Notes under the pieces: generated by a model | What the model saw: the letters and a program-made list of their open reading frames with translations, nothing else | Database searches by the model: none | What the model was told of the DNA's origin: nothing | Source: Candidatus Aenigmatarchaeota archaeon | Lineage (GTDB): Archaea > Aenigmatarchaeota > Aenigmatarchaeia > QMZP01 > QMZT01 | Direction of reading: 5' to 3' | Length of the DNA stretch: 64,000 nt | Assembly (NCBI GenBank): GCA_016932215.1 | Contig: JAFGDH010000019.1 | Span: forward strand, 1,817-65,816 | Position numbers and translations under genes: made by a program | Part shown: one piece after another, positions 39,020 to 47,099 of the stretch | How positions within the stretch are numbered: the first letter of the stretch is position 1 | How the letters are laid out: every line of letters begins with the position of its first letter

Positions 39020-39038
39020 AATGCATAACCTCTTTAGC

Positions 39039-40826
39039 CTAAACGTCTTCCCAGACGAAGTCCTGCCATCTTCTGTCGATTATCTTTTGAAGGTGGAATT
39101 CCTTGAGCATTTTATAAACGTCATTTCTTGTCAAATAAAATACGCCGGGGTTTTTCTCCATACTATTCAGTTCACTGATTGTTTTCTCATCGCCGAATTT
39201 TTCGATGTATTCCCTCCCTGAAATTAATTTATCCATTTTTCTATGTGTCACTGGATCGAAACCCATTTTCATGGACTGACTTATTTCGTCAGAAAAAAAC
39301 AAGCCACCCTCATAACTCATCCCTATCATATTCAGCCCAATCCCGTACCGATTTTCTATCAGCTCAGCTTCCTCTCTCAGACGCAATTGATTAATCACCT
39401 TATCTATCTTGGACGGGTCTTCTGCCCCGACAATCAGAACTCGGCGCCCGTCGGGAAATATGCGAGGCTCGGTCCCCGGTCTTTGGAAATTCGAGGTATC
39501 TTTTACGACTTTCGTATAAAACTCTCTTGCTTTTGCAAGATACCGGAAAACTCTTTCCGGAATGGCTTTGTGTATCCTGTAATATACTTCCAGAAGGTTG
39601 GCTGAGGTTCCGCTCGAATACCTGAACTGTGAATCCATTCCCCGGTCCAAAAAGCCCTTCCTCACGGCCTCCCTGAATTTCTGCACGTCTTCATTTTCAA
39701 AATTACGCCAGAAACCTATCCCCGTGCCCTTTTCAAGATATTTCATGAAATCGTCAATATCCTCGTCGAAACATCTTAGTATTGTGGGCAATATTCTTGT
39801 TGAAATGGCATGCCTCCAGAACCTGTTGGATGTTACATGACCGGACGGCAATACTATGTTATCGTCTTCTGAAATCCTGTAATCGAAATCCTCAACGAAC
39901 GAACATATCATGCTTTCTAACATTTCATCGTATTCCATGACATCCTTGTAGCTCTTTAGCAGTTCCAGCATGTTTTTCATTTCCCCCGACACGATACCTT
40001 CCCCCAAAAATTCGTTCGTCTTTTTAACGTGTTCCATCTGATGCCTTTTCAGTATCTTTTGTATTTCCGTGACTCTTGCGGTTGCATGGGTTTCGTTTCT
40101 GTCGCTCATGAAATGCTGAAACACTATCGCATATTCCGGGCTCAGTGATATGTGCGGTTCCTCTTTTGGCTGGTTTTCGAAGGTGCGGGTGGTTCCCCTG
40201 CAGTCATTAAGATAACGCATTATTCCGCGCCTGATATTCACATAGAGCTGGTAATTGAAATACATGCTTTTCGGGTCGTCTTCATATTCCCTGAAGTCAT
40301 TGAACTCCGGGTTTATTTCTCTTCCGAGAACATTGAATATTTCCCAGTCCCTGGGAGCGAGGGTTTCTCCTCTCAGCCAGTTTTCAACAGTGCTTACGTG
40401 CCTCTTTTTACCGTTCCTTTCAAGCGCATTAACTACCCATTCGGCCATCATCTCATAGTCTTCTTTAGCGAAATCATCAGTTTCATAGAGCGCCCTAGAA
40501 TCAATATCAGAATCGTCTATCACACCTTTTTCCGATAATCCCTTCAGAAGCAGGGTCCTTAATCTCGGAATGAAATCTCCCCTTGAATTCTGTTCGTGTA
40601 TCATCTCTTTTGAAAAGTGATATCTGGGGCTTTTGTCAAGATGTGGCTCAACATCCTCAAGATCCGTCTTTGCATAAGGCTTCTGGAATAAGACCATATC
40701 CCCGACATTGACATCGGCTACTTTCTTCTTAAGATAACTTGAAGGGGATACCTGAACATACACGTCTCCGGTTGGATCCAGAAATGAATCTCCCATTGTT
40801 GTTGATATCAAATATTTAGCTACCAT
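39039..40826 (-). CDS. large orphan protein (595 aa)
   Basis: Long clean ORF ending 19 nt upstream of the 38156..39019 gene's start. No motif recognised. Confidence 0.7.
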   Translation of the reverse strand: MVAKYLISTTMGDSFLDPTGDVYVQVSPSSYLKKKVADVNVGDMVLFQKPYAKTDLEDVEPHLDKSPRYHFSKEMIHEQNSRGDFIPRLRTLLLKGLSEKGVIDDSDIDSRALYETDDFAKEDYEMMAEWVVNALERNGKKRHVSTVENWLRGETLAPRDWEIFNVLGREINPEFNDFREYEDDPKSMYFNYQLYVNIRRGIMRYLNDCRGTTRTFENQPKEEPHISLSPEYAIVFQHFMSDRNETHATARVTEIQKILKRHQMEHVKKTNEFLGEGIVSGEMKNMLELLKSYKDVMEYDEMLESMICSFVEDFDYRISEDDNIVLPSGHVTSNRFWRHAISTRILPTILRCFDEDIDDFMKYLEKGTGIGFWRNFENEDVQKFREAVRKGFLDRGMDSQFRYSSGTSANLLEVYYRIHKAIPERVFRYLAKAREFYTKVVKDTSNFQRPGTEPRIFPDGRRVLIVGAEDPSKIDKVINQLRLREEAELIENRYGIGLNMIGMSYEGGLFFSDEISQSMKMGFDPVTHRKMDKLISGREYIEKFGDEKTISELNSMEKNPGVFYLTRNDVYKMLKEFHLQKIIDRRWQDFVWEDV

Positions 40827-40892
40827 AATATAGTAAAAACAGTTAATTTTTTATATTAATTTATTAATGTTTCAGGCATATCAACCAAAAGA

Positions 40893-42038
40893 TTACCCAT
40901 CTGCAGACTTGTAAGCTCCCGTCCTCTTGGCTATCTCATTAACTTCCTTAGGATGGGAGAACAATGCACATGGGGTCCCCTCGTTTTCCAGAAGATGTTC
41001 GCTTTCGCGGATTTCCCTGAAGAGCTTGCTGGAGAAGGCTTCCCTGATTGTTGATTTCAGGAGGTTGTGGGTGGCGATGTTGGAGACCGGGCAGGGTGTC
41101 AGATCGCCGGTCGGGGTGACGTGAGCGAAGCCCTTGCCTGCCGAGACGCATCCTCCAAAGTATTCTTCGTCCCCTGGCGAGTGAATGAGGTAGATCTTCT
41201 TGGTTTCCCTGATCCTGAGGACGAAATCCCTGAACTCTTTCCTTTCCTCACTGGTGAGCATGAGCCTGTGATCATTGCCCCTCTGGGTGACCGGGATGTA
41301 TTCGATGAGGGCAGCGATCTTTATTCCCTTCGCTATGAGGGAATCGATGAGCTTTTCGTCCATCCAGTGGCGGAAGTTGTTCTTGGTTATTGTTGCGGAT
41401 ATTCCTGTTGGAATGCCTGCCTTTATTAGGGCCTGGATGGTCTTTTGTGCCTTTTCGTGGACACCATCGCCTCGTCTCTGGTCGGTCATTTCCTTCGTTC
41501 CTTCCATGCTGACCAGTACACACGTGTTTTTGCAGGATTTGAGTGTATTGATCTCTTTTTCCTGGATTGCTGTGCCATTGGTTAGTATTATGAACAGTCG
41601 GTCGGAGAAGTCTTTGCATATATGGGAGAGGTTGTCTGTAAGGAATGGCTCCCCTCCTGCTATTACGAAGCCAAAAACCCCTGCTTCCGATGACTTTTTG
41701 ATTATTTCTTTCCACTTGCTGCGGGATAGTTGTTTTTTCTCCTTTTTGGAGACGGTTCCTGCCGCCGAGGCATAGCAGCCCGCGCAGGCTAGGTTGCACA
41801 TGGAGGTTATGCTAAGAATCAGGAACGGGGGTATCTTGATCCCTTCCTTCTTTAGCCTGTCCCTGGTTTCGCTGGCCTTTTTGCAGGACTTCATCAATCC
41901 GAGGAAGGAACGGAAGTGGCCTGGATGAGCGACTGCCCATTTGAAGAAGACTTTCGTGAGGTTAGGATCGAGAGTGTTAAGGTATTTTCGGAAGGAGATG
42001 ACCCTTTTCAGAAGGCAGAAGTCTGAGATTTTCGCCAT
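40893..42038 (-). CDS. radical SAM protein with C-terminal auxiliary Cys motif
   Basis: CNLACAGCYA (CX3CX2C). GGEPFL. C-terminal GGCVSAGKGF..TPCPVS..CALF (SPASM/twitch-like). Confidence 0.85.
   Translation of the reverse strand: MAKISDFCLLKRVISFRKYLNTLDPNLTKVFFKWAVAHPGHFRSFLGLMKSCKKASETRDRLKKEGIKIPPFLILSITSMCNLACAGCYASAAGTVSKKEKKQLSRSKWKEIIKKSSEAGVFGFVIAGGEPFLTDNLSHICKDFSDRLFIILTNGTAIQEKEINTLKSCKNTCVLVSMEGTKEMTDQRRGDGVHEKAQKTIQALIKAGIPTGISATITKNNFRHWMDEKLIDSLIAKGIKIAALIEYIPVTQRGNDHRLMLTSEERKEFRDFVLRIRETKKIYLIHSPGDEEYFGGCVSAGKGFAHVTPTGDLTPCPVSNIATHNLLKSTIREAFSSKLFREIRESEHLLENEGTPCALFSHPKEVNEIAKRTGAYKSADG
40912..40950 (-). repeat. gene-end repeat copy D (functional 3' end of the radical SAM gene)
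   Basis: Encodes KEVNEIAKRTGAY. It is the reference copy for repeats A-C. Confidence 0.7.
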
Positions 42039-42124
42039 TTGAATAATGTGGATGTGATAATTTAAACGGTTTCCTTCGTTTGGCTCAGTTATGTCTTAAA
42101 AATAATAAACGATAATAACTGGAT

Positions 42125-42298
42125 ATGGATAACCCTGAGATCAGCTTCAGGAGTAAACTGCTAAAATACGGGGAAATTGTGATTCTGGGGGCAGCCATAG
42201 GAACTGGTCTGTTCCTTACGTGCAGGCAGGGTTATAGTCTGGCAAAAGGATATCTGACAGAGATCGAACGGTCGGTAGAAAATATGTACAGACCATAG
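42125..42298 (+). CDS. small membrane protein (57 aa), below ORF-track cutoff
   Basis: Reads MDNPEISFRSKLLKYGEIVILGAAIGTGLFLTCRQGYSLAKGYLTEIERSVENMYRP*. One TM helix. Confidence 0.35.
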   Translation: MDNPEISFRSKLLKYGEIVILGAAIGTGLFLTCRQGYSLAKGYLTEIERSVENMYRP

Positions 42299-42322
42299 TC
42301 AAAATCACGTTTATAAAGAATA

Positions 42323-42339
42323 ATTAACTACTTTTAAGT
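42323..42339. promoter_or_regulatory. operator-like motif variant ATTAACTACTTTTAAGT
   Basis: 14 of 17 match to the 7605/36040 motif. Lies between a TTTATAAA box (42310-42317) and the ATG at 42348. Confidence 0.35.
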
Positions 42340-42347
42340 GGATATTT

Positions 42348-43493
42348 ATGTCTGATAATTCCGATCTCGTTCGCCTGCAGGGTTTCGACCGGCAGATAGG
42401 GGAAATAGAGATGTGCGTGGGCGATCTTTTTACCCATCTGGACAGCACGGTTTCCGGCGAAAAGAAGGGGAATCCGCAGTATTCTTACGACAGGCCCGGT
42501 TACATAAGCAACTACGTGCACAGGCTCGTCGACATGGAAGGGCAGTTCGAAAGCGAAAGTCCCCTCGGCAAGATACTGGAAGGCAGGAGAAAGGCATCCA
42601 TACAGAAGCTCGTTGCGATATCGAGGATAGGGACGTCCGATTTCACCGGAGCCGCGGAGAGATACTACCGGAACGCTGTCCCTAGCAAGGAAGACGTGAT
42701 GACCGCCGTCGAGGTCATCGGAAGGACGGAATCGTCGGTCGACTGTGATACATTATGCGTTAACGCGGAAGGCCTCGGGGAGAGGATGACGGAGTATCTG
42801 GCCAGGAAGGGCGTTTCCGGGAAAAGGCTGTGGAAGGTCACGGTAGAGTCCCCCGGCCCCATGGAAAGGATGCCCGCACTTTCCCTCAACAAAACAACGA
42901 AGACCGTTAGGATAAGGGACGATTACGTGAAGCCGGAAAGGAAGGCGGAGACGTCCGTCCTCCACGAGGGCTCCCACATAATGCAGTGGGAGAACGGCCT
43001 GAGGCAGCCGCTTCCCAACACCTTTTACCACGGGACGGACGGAAGGTCCGTCGCTACGCAGGAGGGCCTGGCGAGCATAATAACGGAAAAGGAGGGATTC
43101 CCCGGCAACATGAGGAAATACGCCGCCTACGTCATAGCGGTCGATTCCGCTCTCAAAGGAGCGACATACATGGACATATTCCAGTCCATGCAGAAGGATT
43201 ACAGGTTCTCCGAGAAGGACGCGAAGGAGATCGCCCACAGGGTGAAAAGGGGGCTTTCCGACACCTCCCAGCCAGGGGGCTTCGTCAAGGATGCGGTCTA
43301 CATGCTCGGAAGGTGGAGGATACATGATCACGTCGGAAGGCACGGCGAAAGCAACGAACAGGAAACTTTGAAGGATTTCTATATCGGAAATGTCGCCGTG
43401 GAGGACATGGATTCCGCCTATAAATGGCTCCTGAGGGACGGGATCATCAGGCCGGCCGGGTATCTGCCGGACTGCCTGGAAAAGAAGGACTGA
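42348..43493 (+). CDS. DUF1704 / QEGLA-motif metallopeptidase-like protein
   Basis: Contains VLHEGSHIMQWE (HExxH) and ATQEGLASII (QEGLA motif). 381 aa. Confidence 0.8.
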   Translation: MSDNSDLVRLQGFDRQIGEIEMCVGDLFTHLDSTVSGEKKGNPQYSYDRPGYISNYVHRLVDMEGQFESESPLGKILEGRRKASIQKLVAISRIGTSDFTGAAERYYRNAVPSKEDVMTAVEVIGRTESSVDCDTLCVNAEGLGERMTEYLARKGVSGKRLWKVTVESPGPMERMPALSLNKTTKTVRIRDDYVKPERKAETSVLHEGSHIMQWENGLRQPLPNTFYHGTDGRSVATQEGLASIITEKEGFPGNMRKYAAYVIAVDSALKGATYMDIFQSMQKDYRFSEKDAKEIAHRVKRGLSDTSQPGGFVKDAVYMLGRWRIHDHVGRHGESNEQETLKDFYIGNVAVEDMDSAYKWLLRDGIIRPAGYLPDCLEKKD

Positions 43494-43533
43494 CCGGAAA
43501 ACTATTTCTTAAGGGAAGCCCAATATTATTAAT

Positions 43534-44142
43534 ATGTTCTATGCGAACAGGAGCAGGTTCAAGAAACTGAGCATAAAGACCGGGATATTCTTCGCGAGGT
43601 TCCATCTCTCGCCGAACCAGTGGACCTTCGTCACCCTCATCCCCGTCGCGGTCACCATGCTCTGCATACTGTACCAGAGCTTCCTCCTGGCGGCCGTTTT
43701 CCTTATAATAACGGCATTCATTGACATGATAGACGGCGCCGTGGCCAGGATACTGGGAGAGGTGAGCAGGCTCGGGGCCTACCTGGACACGGTGATGGAC
43801 CGCTACGTGGAGTTCCTGATCATCGCCGCTCTCATTTTCGCCGGGCTTCCGGACTTCTACCTCCCGGTCACCTTATGGCTGTTCCTGTACCTCTTCGGGG
43901 CGATGATGACCACCTACGCCAAGGCAGCGGCCAAGGAGAAGGACATAGTCATGAACGAGGAGCTTAAGGGCGGGCTGATGGAGAGGGCGGAAAGGCTCAT
44001 AATACTCTTCGCGGGCCTCCTACTCGCGGGCCTGGACAGCGTCATGTTCCTGTCCTACGCCATAGTCATTCTCGCGGTCGGGAGCAATTTCACAGCCTTC
44101 CAGAGGATGTGGAAGGCGGTCAGGAAGGTCAGGGCGTTCTGA
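43534..44142 (+). CDS. CDP-alcohol phosphatidyltransferase family protein
   Basis: DMIDGAVARILGEVSRLGAYLDTVMDRYVE carries DGxxAR..G...D...D. Multi-TM. Confidence 0.85.
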   Translation: MFYANRSRFKKLSIKTGIFFARFHLSPNQWTFVTLIPVAVTMLCILYQSFLLAAVFLIITAFIDMIDGAVARILGEVSRLGAYLDTVMDRYVEFLIIAALIFAGLPDFYLPVTLWLFLYLFGAMMTTYAKAAAKEKDIVMNEELKGGLMERAERLIILFAGLLLAGLDSVMFLSYAIVILAVGSNFTAFQRMWKAVRKVRAF

Positions 44143-44187
44143 ACCTGGTACTGCTCGATTTTTTAAAATTTGTTGCCAATTCAATTA

Positions 44188-44805
44188 ATGGCGGATTACA
44201 GGAAGATAAACGGGTATTTCAAGAGGGCGGAGGACGTGCTTCTCGCCTCGGCTGGGCTCATTCTGGCCGTCCCGGCGTTCGTCATAGTGCCTATTCTTTC
44301 GAAAATCGAAAATCCCCGCGGGAAGGTCTATTTTAAGCACAAAAGGGTCGGTAACAGGGGGGAATTTTACGCGCTCAAGTTCAGGACAATGGACGAAGCA
44401 GAAGGCAACGACCAGTACTGGGAAAACGACAGCGACATGTACGTTTTCACGGACAGGACCAGGATAACGAAGCTGGGGAGATTCCTGAGGAAATACAGCA
44501 TAGATGAGCTTCCCCAGTTCATAAACATCATCAGGGGGGAAATGTCGTTCGTCGGGCCCAGGCCGGTCACCCCGAAGGAGAAGGAAAGGATGACCGGGGC
44601 CGGATACGGAAAACGCTTCGAATGCCCGCAGGGACTGACGGGGCTCGCCCAGACTGATCCCAGATGGAAAGTAAAGAGCGACCTCACCCTGTCGCTGGAT
44701 ATCGAATACGTCAACAGGTATGAGAACGGTTTCATCGGGCCGGCCGACGCGGGGATAGTTTTCGATACCCTGATGAGCCTGACGGAAGGCGTGGGCAAAA
44801 GCTGA
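44188..44805 (+). CDS. sugar phosphotransferase (bacterial sugar transferase / PglC-like)
   Basis: YFKHKRVGNRGEFYALKFRTM and DELPQFINIIRGEMSFVGPRP. ATG at 44188 preferred over the upstream TTG. Confidence 0.85.
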   Translation: MADYRKINGYFKRAEDVLLASAGLILAVPAFVIVPILSKIENPRGKVYFKHKRVGNRGEFYALKFRTMDEAEGNDQYWENDSDMYVFTDRTRITKLGRFLRKYSIDELPQFINIIRGEMSFVGPRPVTPKEKERMTGAGYGKRFECPQGLTGLAQTDPRWKVKSDLTLSLDIEYVNRYENGFIGPADAGIVFDTLMSLTEGVGKS

Positions 44806-44966
44806 AAACAGCTAAAAATCTTTTTTTAGGCACCCTTTAAATAGGTTCGCGGCCAATTAAAGGTTCAACGTGATCCTTCGGTGATTGTGTACGAAATGTG
44901 AAATAGCGATATATTGCCCGCAATGAATCAGCATATTGGAGGATCAAGAGGTAAAGGTGATTTGAT

Positions 44967-45215
44967 ATGTCAACAGAAATAACTGAAAGAGACAGAACGC
45001 ATGGAGTAAGCCTGAACAGGGGAATATATCTGTTCTGCAAGACCGTGGAAGGCGACGGCGCCCATAAAGAAGGATCAGAGACATATGCATGCCGGCCCGG
45101 CTGCAGCTTTTATCCTGACGTTTGCGGAGGAACGAGATTAAAGGATCTCAACGGCAGGACAGATGAAGTAAAAAGGCTGATAGAGAACTCCATCGGACTA
45201 ACCGTGAACATCTAG
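44967..45215 (+). CDS. hypothetical protein (82 aa)
   Basis: Strong SD (AAGGTGAT) 5 nt before the ATG. Cys-containing. Confidence 0.5.
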   Translation: MSTEITERDRTHGVSLNRGIYLFCKTVEGDGAHKEGSETYACRPGCSFYPDVCGGTRLKDLNGRTDEVKRLIENSIGLTVNI

Positions 45216-45958
45216 ATTTTTCTTATTTTCCCGGGCGTGGGCTCGTAACAGATTCCCTCGCTCAGGAGCTCGTTTATAACCGACTCTATCTCGGTTTCCT
45301 TGGCCTTGACCTTTCCCATCAGCGCGGAATAGACTATCCCGTCCTTTCCGGCCTCTATCACCTTGAGTATCTCCTTCCTCAGGCTGTTCTTGTCGGCCTC
45401 CGGCGTCCCTCCGGCGGAAGTCGCGGACTTGCTCTTGGTATTGAGGAAAATGTCTATCCAGCAGGCTTCTATTCCTTGGTCTGTCAGGAATTTCTTAAGC
45501 TCCTCTGAATTCGAATATTTGGAGCGGTTCTGCTCGACCATCTCCTTCGCCCTTTTGAGGCCCCTTATTTTTTTGATGATCTCCAGCCTCCTGAGGAGCT
45601 CCGCGTTCGGGTCGTCGACCTTCCTGATGGACTCGGGGATCATGTATATCTCCCCGGTGTATTCCCTCACCTTCCCGACAACGTCTATCATGTCTCCGGG
45701 CCGGAGCTTCTCCAGTATCTTTATCTCCTTGAAGGCCTTCACCCTGACCGTGTCAGAGCCGTCGTCTACCGTGACGGAAGAATAGTTGCCGTCCTCGGAA
45801 TCGAACCTCGCGACGACCGTCCCCAGGATCCGCGCCCGGGAGATGTTCTCGCCGAGAGCGGTGGTGACGAAGCTGGGCTCCATCCCTTCCTTCTTCACCC
45901 AGCTGCCTTTCATCAGATGGCTCAATGCCGTTTTCTTTGCCGTCTGTCTCGCGATCAT
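45212..45958 (-). CDS. RPA32-like OB-fold ssDNA-binding protein with C-terminal winged helix
   Basis: Internal ATG at 45958 with AGGTG upstream. OB-fold segment RILGTVVARFDSEDGNYSSVTVDDGSDTVRVKAF..GDMIDVVGKVREY. C-terminal wH. Confidence 0.65.
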   Translation of the reverse strand: MIARQTAKKTALSHLMKGSWVKKEGMEPSFVTTALGENISRARILGTVVARFDSEDGNYSSVTVDDGSDTVRVKAFKEIKILEKLRPGDMIDVVGKVREYTGEIYMIPESIRKVDDPNAELLRRLEIIKKIRGLKRAKEMVEQNRSKYSNSEELKKFLTDQGIEACWIDIFLNTKSKSATSAGGTPEADKNSLRKEILKVIEAGKDGIVYSALMGKVKAKETEIESVINELLSEGICYEPTPGKIRKI

Positions 45959-46066
45959 CCAAAAACACCTTTGAATAAAATTAATATCTAAATTATTTAA
46001 AAGCAGAGTGAAACCAGATTTCGAAAGACAACTTGAATCAATGCACATAAGTTGTCATACGCTGGT

Positions 46067-46675
46067 TCAGAGTGTCTGTGCGAGCGTCTCCATGCTGAAC
46101 TTCGTCCCTGAACACCCGTTCTTCACGAGAGGGACGGCCTGGGAAGGGTATCCGATCGGTTCGAGCATGCTGTTTGCCAGCTTGATCTCCTCGGTGCAGG
46201 CGACCCCCACCACGCCGTCATGCATGGTCAGGATATTCTTTACGCATGATCCCCCGGGAAGGACGTAGACCTTGTAGCCCTTCTTCTTGGCCAGCTTCGT
46301 TGCCTGGTTGACCAGGCAGTCAGGGGAGCAGTGCATGCACTCGTATGAAGATGTTTTGGTGTTGAACTTCGCCTTGCAACGGCTATCCATGTATTTTCTT
46401 GAACAATGGGGAAGGAGAAGGGCACGCTTCTTCGTCTTGAGGAACTTCTCCCTGTTCGTTATGTTCTTGACCGAGGAGTCTATGAAATCTTCTATGACCG
46501 TGAAGGCGTCCGATATGGGGAGGCCCGTTAGCTCGTGTATCTTGAACTTCTTAACTATCTCCCTCGCGCTCTGGCCTATCTTCCTGTGTATCCCCTTCCT
46601 TTCCGAGAACCTGGCGATGTCCCTGAAAAAGGTCTGTGAAATCTGCGAAAGGTCAAAGGTGAATTTGTACGCCAT
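46067..46675 (-). CDS. DUF116 family protein
   Basis: LLLPHCSRKYMDSRCKA....YECMHCSPDC...GYKVYVLPGGSC fits the DUF116 Cys pattern. Confidence 0.75.
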   Translation of the reverse strand: MAYKFTFDLSQISQTFFRDIARFSERKGIHRKIGQSAREIVKKFKIHELTGLPISDAFTVIEDFIDSSVKNITNREKFLKTKKRALLLPHCSRKYMDSRCKAKFNTKTSSYECMHCSPDCLVNQATKLAKKKGYKVYVLPGGSCVKNILTMHDGVVGVACTEEIKLANSMLEPIGYPSQAVPLVKNGCSGTKFSMETLAQTL

Positions 46676-46768
46676 ATCAATACTAATTTAGAATTGGGCG
46701 AAATCATATAAAAGCATGGGTTCGGAAAGGGCCTGTTTTTGTTATAAATTATAGGAAAAGACCATGAC

Positions 46769-47023
46769 TCATAAATTCTTCCATCTCTCTTCCCCGTCTA
46801 CTATTTCGACGTCTTTCTCGCTTAATCCGTATCGTTTTATCGCCTTCAGGACATTCCCCCTGGCCTGAGAGAAAGTCTCGCGTCTGGGTTTAAATAAACT
46901 TTCACTTACGTCACCAATGAAAGGAGGAAGAGCCTCGACACCTGATTCGTCGCCTTGGATAGAGCATTCAGTATAAAAATCAAGCCCGTCCTTGCTTAAC
47001 GTTATTTTCGGTTTGTAAGACAT
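46769..47023 (-). CDS. hypothetical protein (84 aa)
   Basis: ORF only. Confidence 0.5.
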   Translation of the reverse strand: MSYKPKITLSKDGLDFYTECSIQGDESGVEALPPFIGDVSESLFKPRRETFSQARGNVLKAIKRYGLSEKDVEIVDGEERWKNL

Positions 47024-47099
47024 ATGAATTGATTAAAAGTAAATCTTAAAAGCTCGTCCTGTCGCATGATTTATTATAAATTATAGGATAATATTCATT

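Larger units (their letters stand above)
36007..40911 (-). mobile_element. putative acquired cassette array / integration hotspot (three cassettes)
   Basis: Bounded and subdivided by four direct copies of the same gene-end sequence. AT-rich relative to the flanks. Cargo is orphan, nuclease and HExxH genes. No recombinase is seen. Confidence 0.4.

Noticed and set aside
35960-40950. Integron-like attC sites, or simple transcription terminators, as an explanation for the four repeats
   Set aside because: - No integron integrase is present.
- No imperfect-palindrome attC architecture or GTTRRRY core is evident.
- The repeats are not hairpins.
- Their synonymous-site divergence in the radical SAM reading frame fits displaced coding ends better.
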